Of a DNA stretch of 44,383 nucleotides, positions 26,000 through 38,016 are shown in pieces. The number at the start of each line of letters is the position of its first letter. Position 1 is the first letter of the stretch. Source of the DNA: Seison nebaliae (Eukaryota); the NCBI GenBank assembly GCA_023231475.1, contig JALJEE010000548.1, positions 1 through 44,383 of the forward strand, read 5' to 3'. A program made the position numbers and the translations under genes. The notes under the pieces are model-generated. The model ran no database searches and was not told the DNA's origin. It was given only the letters and a program-made list of their open reading frames with translations.

Positions 26000-26424
26000 T
26001 TCTCTTGTAAAGTTTCTCCTTCAAAGGATGTCAAAAACCTGAATTTGGATTTAGAAAAAAATAGAATATTATTCTACAATTCCTTTGCAAAGCAATAACG
26101 ATTAATTGATAAGAGAATAAATATTTGTCAGCTTTCGACATAAAAGAAAATATGGATTCCAAAGAAAGAAAATTAGTAAGTTGTGAAGTGCGAGAAGATT
26201 TAACAATCAATTCTCTTCAAAATTCAAATAAGTTGTTCTTTCATTAAACTGTTGTGCTAACGCTCAAAAATCAAATTATAATATTTGTTTTTTGATTAAC
26301 AAATGAGATAAAACAGCTTTTAATTAATTCATAAAAACGTGTTCTTTTTTTGGATATAGGATTCGAATAATAAAATATCTTAATAAGTTTCTGAATTTAA
26401 AAGACCAGCGAAATGAATAACGAG

Positions 26425-26476
26425 GAAGTCACTATTCCTGATTCACAACACGAAGTGACAATTCCTGATTCACAAC
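26425..26476 (+). repeat. 27-bp tandem duplication, possibly coding (EVTIPDSQ x2)
   Basis: GAAGTCACTATTCCTGATTCACAACAC followed by GAAGTGACAATTCCTGATTCACAACA; the differences fall at third codon positions. Confidence 0.7.
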
Positions 26477-27705
26477 AAAACACTGTTCAAAAGTTCATTA
26501 GTTAATATAATGTCCAGTTGAATTAGCAATTGAATTTTCAGCTTATTCGGAAAACATATCTAATTATTCTCCTAATTTGAAAATTGGAACTATAAAATAT
26601 ATTCTTTTATCTCCCAAAAATAATAACATGTTCTTTTTTTTTAATAATCTTATCAAAAAATTCAGTTAGATAGTTTAAATAGAATTGATAGATCTGTGAA
26701 ATTAGATTAATTACCAACTTAAATCTCTTCTGAATCTTCTTGCAAGTTCTTCAATTGAAACTTTCTCTCTATATTAGTGTCTGTTGGTGAAGTGAAATAG
26801 GAAAGTATGGAAATGGAAAATGCAATATATGTGAAAGTTTCATGAAATAAGAATTTTTCTAAAACAAGATATCTCAAATTAAATAGTGAATAACATTTGA
26901 CGTTTAAGTTGTATATATTGGACGACATTGGCTTTTTTTACTTCCTTTTTATTTTCTTTTTTCCGTTTATTCGTAAATAAATAAAATAAAAAATAAAAAT
27001 AAATATAGAAAAATTTTAGTGGTTGTGTCTCTTTAAAAGAACTCAATTGTGTCCAAAAACCATTTTATCCAACAGATGACTACGTGCCGCCATACAAACC
27101 ATATGATTTGGAATTAAATAAATAAAAAATAATTATCTGTTTGTTCTATGCATGTTCATTCCTTACCCATTTCATTGACACCAGATAAACTTTTATAGAA
27201 ATGGACATAAGATAAGAAATATCTGCAACTTTTTTTTTGAAAGTTTAAATAAAACTATTTTCTTTAATAATTACTTATACTTCTTTCTTTCCTCCATATT
27301 TTTTGAGATAACATTCAATAAGTCTCTTTTCTTTTTATTCAAACACAATTTTGGAGAAAGACATTTTTATTTTTATAAACGTTTTTTGAGAAAGATTATA
27401 AAAAAAAGTCGTCTTCTCCAGTATTATGGTCGAAAAGAAGAATTATTCAATCTTTAGTGTGTGAACGTGTAAAAATATTTCAAATTATTATATTCGAATA
27501 TGTATGATAGATATTGATTATGAGATATGAAATGTAATTGGATGATTATGAGATCGATGGACACGATGTATCTTTCAAAAGGATTTCATTTAATTGGATA
27601 TAATTGGACAAATACAGAAAGAGAAAATAAGCAAAAATTTAATGGGATGAAATAGATGATAGAATCGAAATAAAAATTTGAACGAATTACCAAAACATAG
27701 TTATT

Positions 27706-27931
27706 TTATATGAAGTTGAAAGATTGTTTACAAAATCCATTTCGCAAATCGGATGATTCGATCGAATCAATTGGAAATGTATTAATACCGTTCCGATCGA
27801 TAGGTGTTGATGAAAGAAAAGAATTATTTGTCGTTATATCGAAATACGTTTGATTATTATTATTATTATCATTACTACTATGGTTGTTGTGATTGTTAGA
27901 GATTGCTGGTGTAGTGAAATTAGTATTATGA

Positions 27932-27970
<39 letters not shown>

Positions 27971-29946
27971 GTAATAGTATTATTCGTTTGAGAATGTGAT
28001 ATGGTTGTGCTGGAAGTATTTATTGAATTATCTGTGTGATAGGAGGGTGTAGAAGAAGTTTGTTGTTGAGATAAATAATTATTCGGAATATCATTTCCAT
28101 TATTGTTGAGAATAGGTTGATCATTCGTTCCAACTTTCAAAGGAACTATATCAATCGGTTGATTAAGTTCTTTCACGTAAACTGAACGTTTAAAGTTAGT
28201 AGGTCTGGTATTTCCAATCTGATGTAACGGCACTTTTTTCGATAGGAAATTCTTATTCTTTTTCCCATTGTCGATATTTCTCTTTTTTGGCGTTGGATGA
28301 TTCTTATTTGAACTTTTCCTCTTTGCTTTCGAGGAGCATTGTTCATCGTCACTGATGTCGCTAAACATGCTACTTCCTTCATCTAGAACTGCATTCCGAT
28401 ATTCCTCATTTTCTTCACCTTCCGATTCATCAAAATCGTCCGAAGACTCGTTCGATTTAGTCTTTTTCAGTTGACGAGTGTTGATCAATGATCGACTCGA
28501 TTCTCTTTTACATTTTTTCTTCCATTGTTGATTCTGGACGATTTGTACTAATTCCTGACGATTAGTTATTAATTTTATAGTTTTCTTATCCAATGTTTGT
28601 AGATATTCTTTGACGATTGTGAAAGCATTCTTCTCCACATTCTTCTTAGCCAATTCCTTCAACTCCTTTTTTATTTCATTCATTCGTCCCTTCTCTAAAA
28701 TGGGTTTGTGACAATGTTTCATAGACTGATAGAGCAATTTCTTCATATTCTCCGAAACAATGATCGTCGTTCCACAGATATTCATCTGATTTTTCACTCC
28801 CAATTGATGTTGTTCACATTCGAACCAAATGGTTTTGTCTCCACGCACACGCTTTTTTACGAAAACGAAATCATTCACCAGCAATTTGATGGGACCTTTC
28901 TTCACAGGTATCTCTTTAATTATCGCTTTCATTTCCTTATAAACAATTTTTGGCTTTTGTCCCACTTCTGCTTTGTCTCCCAATTCCCAACTCTCATGAC
29001 AATGACTACCACTTCGATGTAATACCTCCGAACGATCAGCTGCCACTAACACTTTAGCCTTACAATGCTCTCCCATCGATCCAAAACATCTCCGTCTTTT
29101 CTCACACTCATACCACATACAACCGTCATCTCTGGAACGATTATGAATGAAAGGATAACCTTCCACTAATAACTTCTCCTTTTTTCTTGGTGTCGTTATC
29201 CAATGGATACCATCCTTCTTCGTATTGAGTAAATGAAAAAAATCTTCTTCATTTGATTTGGGATGACAATGTTCTCCTACTTTCCCTATCAATTTCGAAT
29301 AATCATTTGAAAGAACTATCCTAGCTAGACAGACCCATCGATCAGTATCAGTATTCTTTCGTGTGTTACATTCGAAAACTCGTAAGAAGTTCTTTCGTTG
29401 GAATTTGAAGGAATAAGAGTATCCCTGATGGACGACTTTGCGGTTACCTCGCTGCGTGTCAAACAAACGATAATCGACGTCCATCACTCCACAATAGTTT
29501 TGTTCACCATGGGCAATTCGGAGATGATCGGAAAAATCGAGTAATTCACCCAAATAACTATTAGCTGAGTGAGCACTATTGCATCGACTACTGTAGTTGT
29601 TATTGAAATTAAATCGTTTCGTACAATCGTCATTAAATAAAATATTCGATATTCGAGAGAAGAGCAATTTCTTATTCTTTCTCATGTCTGTCACCCCACG
29701 AGAAAACTTTTTCAAAACGATTTCTCCCACCGCACACATTTTCTTTTTGTCATCTTCCATAAATTTTTCTTTTTTTATCAATTCCTCCAGATCACTTTCG
29801 TCCTCCTCGTCCTCTGTTACATCGTTCCCTATTTCTTTAACAATTTTCTTATCAACTTCATCATTTAATAACATCGAAGTGGATGGGTGGATTCCAGACG
29901 AATTGTCTTCATCGTCAAACACATCGAATTCGAATTGTTGTGACAT
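27706..29946 (-). CDS. Triple FLYWCH zinc-finger protein with acidic N-terminus and Asn-rich C-terminus
   Basis: Three units: RGNRKVVHQGYSY..FEC..CLARI..EHCH, KLLVEGYPF..WYEC..CKAKV..SHCH and KLLVNDFVF..WFEC..CGTTI..KHCH. CDS is unspliced; a candidate 5'UTR GTT intron lies at 29977-30025. Confidence 0.85.
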
Positions 29947-31828
29947 CACGTATTCTGTCTTCCTTATTCCCTGTACCTAAATAATCTGCGTTTCTTTTCG
30001 TTTGCAAAGCTACAAATAAACAAACGTCAGTGGTCTTCAATCCAGTTTATGCATCTCTCTATATCATCTCATTAAATATTCTGTTCGAATTTAAAGCTCA
30101 TCTTTCCCATCAAGTAGGACAAACGATTATTTCCTGTTATCGCCTCCATTCGACATGTGTGAATAGTATATCACTTATTTCTATGCGATATTTCACCTAT
30201 AGACATCTCACACATACGGGACGGTCAATTGAAACCGCTTTTATTTTCTTTTCCCATAGTCTCCCCCTTCGCTTTTCAGACAAATCTCGTTTCACAATCA
30301 AAGCTAATTCATTTTTTCTTCTATTACATTCAACTGTTCTCTCATCATTATTATACTTCCATCTGACACGAATGTTCCTCTCACCTCAGATCTTCTTAAT
30401 AATTGTTCTCACTACTTATTCCTATATAGTCTCTCTCATATATATTATATATAGTCATATATTATTCGAAAGAAAAAGAATAAATGAATTAATTAATTGC
30501 TATTTCATTTAATTATTAAATTATGCTAATCTGATTATAGTTGCAGTTAATCTAGACTAGAATGAATTAACTTGTGAGAGAAATGATTGTGTTCATTACA
30601 TGACTATCTATGTACCTATCTAATTATATTGGATAAAAACGGTTTAAATTTTAAACAACTCAATTAATTGGACAGTAGTTTATAAAGTTTTAACAAGCTT
30701 TTTCTCATATTTAAGAATTTTCAGTAAGAAATTCTCATATTTTTATTGCAGTTAAATAAAGACACGTGATCGAATTTAAAAACGAATATAAAAAACGATT
30801 TTCTGAAAATATTAATTTAAATTTAAATTAGAAAATTAAATTTTGAATCTTACAATTTTCTGGTACTATGCGCTGTTTGTATGTACTTTAACTTTTGAAA
30901 TTCAATTGGGAAAATTAAAATATTTTCTCTCAATTGATATTATTTCTCTGAACTTTGTCTAAATATAATGAAAATGTGTACTTATATGTGCAGTGGGGGA
31001 GGTTTATGTTCAAGATCTCATGCCCACAAATCCTACAGTCTTGATGTACAATCTTATGTGTAGTCAAGTTGGGAAGTGTCATTTTTCACGACCTACATCT
31101 CCTTCAAAATCACGTTATTTTTCTACTTTCGTTATTCAGAAAATTAATTTAAAAAAAGAAATTTATTCAAAATAAGTAAAAAATTTAGTGGAAAATTCGA
31201 AAAAAATGATATGAAGTAAAAATTGCGTAAAAGAATACGCTTTTCAGAGATGACCGTCAATTTATTATAAATAATTAACTTCGATCTAATTTAGATCTAA
31301 TCTAAATTACACGATCTGTAAATAATTGTTTCGATGTTCTTTACGTGCATTCAAAATTTTTATAGGAGCTTAGTCCTTGAAATTTCGTGGAATGTTTTTA
31401 AGATGTCGTCAAATTTGCGTTGATGGAAGTGATTAATGCATCTAAACGATGAAAACCATATAAAAAGCTGCTTTTTTGAAAAGGAACCGTTCTCCATATT
31501 ATTCATTCAGATAACATGAGGTTTGTTAAACTTCTTTTTCAAAGTTGCGAATTGTTAAATTAATCTATGTCATGATGTTAATGTTAGTTGAACAATTTCC
31601 ATATAATTGTAATTATTAAAATGTGATTGAATAAGAGATTTTTAAGTTTGAAAAAATTTTTTTATACAAATATTAAAGTGGGAACGTCAAAATTTAGGTT
31701 TGATGAATTAAATTTCATTTCGACATTATCTCTTCCACATCTTCCCAATTCTCTTCATTTTACATAAATTTTTTCTACTCATTTAGATATCGAATGTGTT
31801 AATTGTCTCCAATATCGAAATTTGGAAA

Positions 31829-34800
31829 ATGAGTACTGATTACAAGGAGACGCGTCTAGTAGTTTTGTATGCAGTCGTCGGTTTCTCAAGAGATGACATC
31901 GTTCTGGAGAGTGTCTGGGAAGGACAAGAATCAGTTCCGGAAAGATTCGCAAAAAAATATAAGTTGGAATATCCAAAACATCCGAGAAAATTGAGAGTTC
32001 ATAAGGAAAGGATGATGCATTATATGACGGATTTTGTGATGGAAGTGTTTGGAATTAGAGATAACGTCAGAGAGAGTGTTAGAGATATTGGTGATATATT
32101 ATTCAATTATCCTTCTCGTTTACTCGTCACGACGGTTGGATGTATCGATGTGGTGTCAATTGATAAAACGGCTATTAATATTGTAGTGTTACCATTGGAA
32201 AAGACAACGAGAGCTCTTTTTGGAGAATTGGGGGAAAAGATCGACAAGTATCCTCAACCACATTCATCAGCTTTTTTCAGGAAGACTCAAACCAATGAAT
32301 CGGAAAAATATGAGAAATGTGGTCAGACGGGACTTGTCGTCGAGATATTAGTAAGAAGGAAGAAAATTGAAGAGAATTACCCAATTTTGGAAATAACATA
32401 TATTCACGGACATAATAAAACCGGTCCATATGCGTCTCCTCTTCTCATTTCATCCCAATTCGAACGTTATTCATCTCGTGAATCCAGTTCACTCATTCTA
32501 AATTCGAAAGACAATGAGAAAGAGGAGGAGAAAGATAAAATGTCGATCATCAAACAACCATTGAAAAAGAGTACACATGTAACATTCTTTATGGATGAAC
32601 ATGATAAAAATAAAGACAATTATAATTCGGGAAATGATGACAATATTAAGACATTGAATCGTAGATGTGGATTGCCAGAGACGAGAATGGAATTTGGACA
32701 TCCTCTAAACAAGATGATTTTGGATCGACCCGATTCTATGGATAAGGGATATCGTAATGAAAATTATTTAAAATCCGAACGGAATTCCGATAAATATGGT
32801 ACAGAAATATCATCATATCGAGGAGGTACTGATCGTCGTTTGACGGAGAATAATAATAGTTACTCTGATCGATGTCACTATCGACCAAGATTTAATGATT
32901 TGTCAAATCGTTCTTCGAATTATCGCGATAATCGATTAAACACAATTTGGAATGGAAGATATTATGACGACAGAAATAATGGTTACGAGAAGAAAAATTA
33001 TTATGATCGAAATAATAACTCGTATAGTCATCAGAATAGTAGAAAGAATTATAATAATAATCATAATTTTGAAGATCGTAGACATCGTTTCGATGACCGG
33101 AATGGATTTAAAAGTTATAGTTCTGGTTCAAGTTATAATAATCGACGAAATGATTTGGATCAGACTCACAGAGTCGAAATGTCGTATGGTCGTTATGCCA
33201 ATACTTCCAATAAAGACCAGTCTTTATGTGATGATTTGATGAATAATTTCAGTGATCGGAGAAATAGTTATTGTTCCGACGAATCAACTGATAAGAGATC
33301 GACTGATAATTCTATGCAATGTCCATCGAAAGATACTCAATCAATTATATCAGAAGTTTCCAATGAAAATTTTTCCCATGATGAACGAGAAATTAATCGA
33401 TATGTTATCGAAGAACATCGAATCGCTTCGAAAATTCCTCCTGTTGATATTCGAATAGTTGATGGAAATGAGAAAAATAATGAAGAATTACAGAAAGAAT
33501 TGAAGTCGACAAAAGATTTATTGGAATTGAATAAACATCAATTGTATTTGGAAGAGAAGAAAATAACGGAAATGTCCAAGCTCATGCTCCAAGTAAAGAC
33601 GATGCTTATAAGTATTTCAACAGATTATTGTCTAAATAATCCTGAACGACAATTCATTCCATCGAAAGAAGTTACAGAATTAATTGAACATTGTGTGAAT
33701 AAGTGTCACATGGATCAAGCAGTACAAATACTATCGAACGATTATGATCTAGTTCGATTTAATCCATATGATTATGCTATTGACTATCATCATATACATT
33801 CAAAGAATTTCTATGATACTCTTCATCTCTTCTCCGAACTTGATAAAATCTTCTATTATTATGTGGTGTACGAAGGCGATTGGGACATCGCCAAAGTGGT
33901 GAATGATAAGGGTTTTCTTCTCCTATTCTATTTCCGTATTCTCACAAATGAAAAAGAGATTGAAAATTTCGATCCGAAATTCCCATGTAACTTTCCTGAC
34001 ACCGACAAGTTTTATGTTCTTCGCATTTATATTCCACACGATGTCTATTGTATTCCAACTTTATTGAAAGCTCATCGTCGATTTGAGACGGATTTCCATG
34101 AAAATTTTCTCAAAATGTATCTATCATCAAAACCGATGATTAATGATGAAAAATGGCGAGGCTCGTCCAATGGTCGTTTCGATTTTCCAATTGGAATGGA
34201 GATGTTAATTCAACAGAAAGAACAATTTCCTAATCGACCGATGGAGGGAAGAAAAGAAGATATGACAATCACATATGAAACACTCAAACAGAATTATGAA
34301 TTTTTTGGAGATGAGAAAGGATATGCGATTCACCATATTATTGATTTGGCACCTCCAAATCAACGAAAGGAAATATTATTTATGGATAAGAATATGACAA
34401 CATTTACTTTATATCCAATTCATAATAAATATTCGTTGAAACTTGATGATTGTTCGAATGAATTCGTTGGAAATTTGAATACATTCCCTTTAACAAATTG
34501 TGAAAGTGCGTCAGGTAAAACAGCGTTAGGTAATATTCTCCAAATGCTTTCATCCGATCAAGTGAAACAGATCGAAACACATAAAGCGAATTTCGAACGA
34601 TACGTCCCGAAATTCTCCCGAGATAAATTCAATCCAATTCGAATAAATGTTTTGTTGAAAATGAACAAGATTTCATTGGTCGCTTACAAATCAGATAATA
34701 CGATGAAACCGTATCGAATTGTGAAAATTAAGAAATTGTGTAATAAACCGACAGATGATTTCTTGTTGTTTAAAGGGAGTTCGATTAATGAAAATTTATC

Positions 34801-36298
34801 GAGTAGTTATTTGATAACACCGTCGATGTCAGAGATTCTCATTTATCGTAATATATTTCGACAACGACTTCTCAATTCTACTTATAATAAGGCTGTGTTA
34901 AACACGATGAAGAATGAGGATGGATATCATGCCGAATTAATCAAATCAATTTTTCCTTATTATTGGAATGCGATGAATGAATATGAGAGTAGAGAGTTGA
35001 GTCATCCAATTATTAAATATTTTATCGTTGGACGAATTGTGGAGACTGAAAGAAGGAATAATAAAAACGTTTACCGCTGTGAAGTGGCAATGGCACCCAA
35101 TCGGTTGGAAGAAGAAGATTTCGATCGTTTGAGATTATTAAAATTCTGTCAATATATGAATTATACAGTTGTCACTTCCATGAACCATTCTACTGGTGCC
35201 CACTGGTTAATTGATGGAAATTGCAAAGCATCTTCAAATTTCGTTCGGAATTTCAGTATGTCTTCCGTTCATTCCGGTTACAAATATGACGATTACGTTC
35301 TGATTCAATACGTGCCACTTACCAAATGTTCGCACATCGTACAAATCATCAACGAATATTATACTCATCGAGTTCCCCTCCATCTCGTTCAGTTGGTCAA
35401 CGAAAAACTTATCCAATTGCATTCGGATAAATTTCATTCAAAAGAAAAACTGGCGTCAGGAAATGAAGGTGCAGTTGTCACCGATTCCGGACTTTATATT
35501 TATAGCAATGAGCCCGATATGCATTTGAAGGAAATTAATGAACAAAGAAAATTGGCAATGAGCTTACAACAAGGAGTAGAATTTCAAGAAGATTTCATTC
35601 CTTCCACCAAAGAGCCATATCAACAAGGCAATGTCCAAAATATCGACTATACAAAATCGATGTCAATGAATCCTGCAGGTGGTGATCAATCTTGTTATCA
35701 TCCGACGAATTCTTTAAATAACATATCAGATACTCGTCTCCATCATAGATCGTATATCTCTCCAAAAATCGATCAATCGACTGATTCCTATTCAAATTTG
35801 AATCAATATATTAATAATAATAATAATAATAATATGCAGGTCTTTCCCGATAACGATCTAGATGTTAATTGTGAGGTATATTATAATAAAACGTCAAAAC
35901 ATCCAAATTCATTCCACAAATTTTTTGAACAAATAAATTCTAAATCAGATGGATTCGAATCTAAGGAAAATGGCAAGATGTGTGTGAAGAAAAATGAATA
36001 TCATTCCATCTCCTCCAATACTGCTACTAAATCTTCTTTGGCTTCCATTCCTCTTTCGAATCAACTGGAAAAAACATTATCGGCAGAAACCGGAGAGAGA
36101 CAGATGAATGGAAATTCGGAAAAAGCAATTCAATCGGAAATTCTACCGCAGGAGATTTCTATGAGCAATGTGAATGCTGAACTGCAAATTTCAGAAACGG
36201 AAAATAAAGTGTCCGACATTACTAAATCATCAGTTATTAATCATACTGAAGGTTTTTGTGAAGATTTTCATAGAGATGAAAATTTTTCTCTTAAATAA
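31829..36298 (+). CDS. Uncharacterised 1489-aa protein, single coding exon
   Basis: 4.5-kb open frame in AT-rich DNA, with an R/N/D/Y-rich low-complexity block, a coiled coil (NEELQKELKSTKDLLELNKHQLYLEEKKITEM) and globular-looking segments. Candidate 5'UTR GTT intron at 31698-31786. No family recognised. Confidence 0.85.
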   Translation: MSTDYKETRLVVLYAVVGFSRDDIVLESVWEGQESVPERFAKKYKLEYPKHPRKLRVHKERMMHYMTDFVMEVFGIRDNVRESVRDIGDILFNYPSRLLVTTVGCIDVVSIDKTAINIVVLPLEKTTRALFGELGEKIDKYPQPHSSAFFRKTQTNESEKYEKCGQTGLVVEILVRRKKIEENYPILEITYIHGHNKTGPYASPLLISSQFERYSSRESSSLILNSKDNEKEEEKDKMSIIKQPLKKSTHVTFFMDEHDKNKDNYNSGNDDNIKTLNRRCGLPETRMEFGHPLNKMILDRPDSMDKGYRNENYLKSERNSDKYGTEISSYRGGTDRRLTENNNSYSDRCHYRPRFNDLSNRSSNYRDNRLNTIWNGRYYDDRNNGYEKKNYYDRNNNSYSHQNSRKNYNNNHNFEDRRHRFDDRNGFKSYSSGSSYNNRRNDLDQTHRVEMSYGRYANTSNKDQSLCDDLMNNFSDRRNSYCSDESTDKRSTDNSMQCPSKDTQSIISEVSNENFSHDEREINRYVIEEHRIASKIPPVDIRIVDGNEKNNEELQKELKSTKDLLELNKHQLYLEEKKITEMSKLMLQVKTMLISISTDYCLNNPERQFIPSKEVTELIEHCVNKCHMDQAVQILSNDYDLVRFNPYDYAIDYHHIHSKNFYDTLHLFSELDKIFYYYVVYEGDWDIAKVVNDKGFLLLFYFRILTNEKEIENFDPKFPCNFPDTDKFYVLRIYIPHDVYCIPTLLKAHRRFETDFHENFLKMYLSSKPMINDEKWRGSSNGRFDFPIGMEMLIQQKEQFPNRPMEGRKEDMTITYETLKQNYEFFGDEKGYAIHHIIDLAPPNQRKEILFMDKNMTTFTLYPIHNKYSLKLDDCSNEFVGNLNTFPLTNCESASGKTALGNILQMLSSDQVKQIETHKANFERYVPKFSRDKFNPIRINVLLKMNKISLVAYKSDNTMKPYRIVKIKKLCNKPTDDFLLFKGSSINENLSSSYLITPSMSEILIYRNIFRQRLLNSTYNKAVLNTMKNEDGYHAELIKSIFPYYWNAMNEYESRELSHPIIKYFIVGRIVETERRNNKNVYRCEVAMAPNRLEEEDFDRLRLLKFCQYMNYTVVTSMNHSTGAHWLIDGNCKASSNFVRNFSMSSVHSGYKYDDYVLIQYVPLTKCSHIVQIINEYYTHRVPLHLVQLVNEKLIQLHSDKFHSKEKLASGNEGAVVTDSGLYIYSNEPDMHLKEINEQRKLAMSLQQGVEFQEDFIPSTKEPYQQGNVQNIDYTKSMSMNPAGGDQSCYHPTNSLNNISDTRLHHRSYISPKIDQSTDSYSNLNQYINNNNNNNMQVFPDNDLDVNCEVYYNKTSKHPNSFHKFFEQINSKSDGFESKENGKMCVKKNEYHSISSNTATKSSLASIPLSNQLEKTLSAETGERQMNGNSEKAIQSEILPQEISMSNVNAELQISETENKVSDITKSSVINHTEGFCEDFHRDENFSLK

Positions 36299-36559
36299 TG
36301 TCCTATAGTTGGAATGCCGTAATTGTAAATAATTCTTCTATTTTCCTTTCATTTCTTCACTTGAAACATTTTTCGTTATTTTTCTTATTATATAAATAAT
36401 TATATTATAACTTACAAATGCAATTAGATAACAAATTTCCTGTTGAGTTTAATAATATAATGATATTTTGCAATAACGATACGGTTAACTTAAAAAGAGT
36501 TTAACTAGATCATATTCTCATCTGTTCAAATACGATCCCCTCTGAACAGAAATTACCAT

Positions 36560-36980
36560 TAGGGCTGGGGGAATGATCCATGACTTTTTTTAACATTAAA
36601 TTTTAAGCTGTTTTTTTTTTTACAAAATTACTGAATTATCAGAAAAAATATGAATTTAAATGCAAAACAAATCAAACTATCTTGTAGCCCTTAAAAAATA
36701 GACCTTAAACATGTATAACTTCATACTATAATATTAGATTAATGTCGGAAATTATACACTGTTTAGATAAAATTTAAAGTTATTTTCAATAAAATATTTC
36801 AAGTTGAGAAGGATCGACTCCAAACGACGTGTTGGATCGATCCTAAGTATGACTGTGGCTCGTACTTAGAATCGATCCAATGTATGTATAAGAGTCGTTT
36901 TGAGTCTGGATTTTTTTCCAAAATGTATAGAAGGATCGATCCTTTTCATTTAAGGATCATGGATCATTCCCTAGTAGTGG
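36560..36980. mobile_element. MITE-like non-autonomous element
   Basis: Perfect 15-bp inverted repeat GGGAATGATCCATGA (36569-36583) / TCATGGATCATTCCC (36957-36971), with internal GGATCGATCC-like palindromic motifs. No TSD found. Confidence 0.7.
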
Positions 36981-37018
36981 GTAGGCTTCGATCCATTTAG
37001 AAAATAGATCGGTTATTA

Positions 37019-37430
37019 CTAATATAGTTTTATTCCCTTCACTGGTAGATGTCCTAACATATCGATAACAATTTCTTGGTTAGGGTAATTTATATCCATA
37101 TTAATTTCGCTTTCTTTTACTGGCACTCTTAGTGTTTTCCCTGTTGCGCAATCCATGCAATTTTTTACTGTTGCTTTTACATCTTCTACCATTCTCGACC
37201 AGTAATAATTGTCTTGAATTCGTTTTAAGTTTTTTCTGAACCCGCATCCGTAGTAAAGGTACTAGTTCTGTTGCGTCTTACCAGTATTTTTTCCATTTCT
37301 GGGTTGGAAACCATTATTGATCCGTTTATTCTGAAGTAATGATTTGTTGGTTGCATTGGTTCTGTTCGATCGAATTTGTTGTTGTCCATTTCCTTTTCTA
37401 CTACTAATTTTTAGTTTGATGAAATCATTA
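37019..37430 (-). mobile_element. Degenerate retroviral-type (LTR retrotransposon-like) integrase fragment
   Basis: Translation of 37249-37019: GCGFRKNLKRIQDNYYWSRMVEDVKATVKNCMDCATGK...PNQEIVIDMLGHLP. This is the integrase zinc-binding region and start of the catalytic core, followed by a stop. Confidence 0.8.
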
Positions 37431-37706
37431 AATTGAGTTCCGTTTGTTTTATTAATGTTTAATTAATAACCATTAACTCTTTAATGTTTTTTAACCAAAT
37501 TTTTGGTTTCCTAACGAAGTTTTTGTATAAGGAATGTTTATATGACCAAATTTTTGGTATAAATTGCATAAATCTTAATGAATAACTTTTCCCTCTTACC
37601 CCCTTTGAACTCATTTGTACTTTGAACTACTGCGCAACATGTGCATAATTTTACATGCATATAAATATAATAAATAAACAGATGTTTTTGCACAAGACGT
37701 CCATAG

Positions 37707-38016
37707 CAGGGGTGGGAATCCGGAAAGATATTAAGCTTTAAGAAAGAATCAACCCTTTATTATATTAATAACCATCAATTAAGAATTATAAGAATCAAAT
37801 AAGGAAAGATATTAACCTTTGCACATTCTAAAGCAGAAGTTCTAAAAGGAAAGATGTTAACCCAGTTTCTTCTAAAAGGGAACGGTATTAACTTATTTAG
37901 TAGAAAAAGGAATGATGTTAACCTCCTTTCGTCTTATATAGAAAGATATTAACCCTCTATAGCTTAAAACGGAAAGATACCAACTCTTTAAATCGAAAAT
38001 GGAAAGATATTAACTC
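37707..38016 (+). mobile_element. hAT-like left end with array of subterminal repeats
   Basis: CAGGGGTGGGAA at 37707 followed by about 8 copies of GGAAAGATATTAAC-like units, mostly spaced about 30 bp. Confidence 0.65.

Noticed and set aside
26152..26930. Possible small spliced genes on both strands (MNNEEVTIPDSQ..., MSSNIYNLNVK...)
   Set aside because: GTT..AG introns can be drawn but give several short alternative products with no homology anchor.
29597..30512. Plus-strand ORFs of 127 and 160 aa
   Set aside because: Antisense to the FLYWCH gene and its 5' region; low-complexity F/S/L/I composition typical of shadow ORFs.
2107..37718. hAT-like termini at 2107-2119 and 37707-37718 as ends of one giant element
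   Set aside because: They face away from each other, differ in sequence and have different flanking 8-mers.
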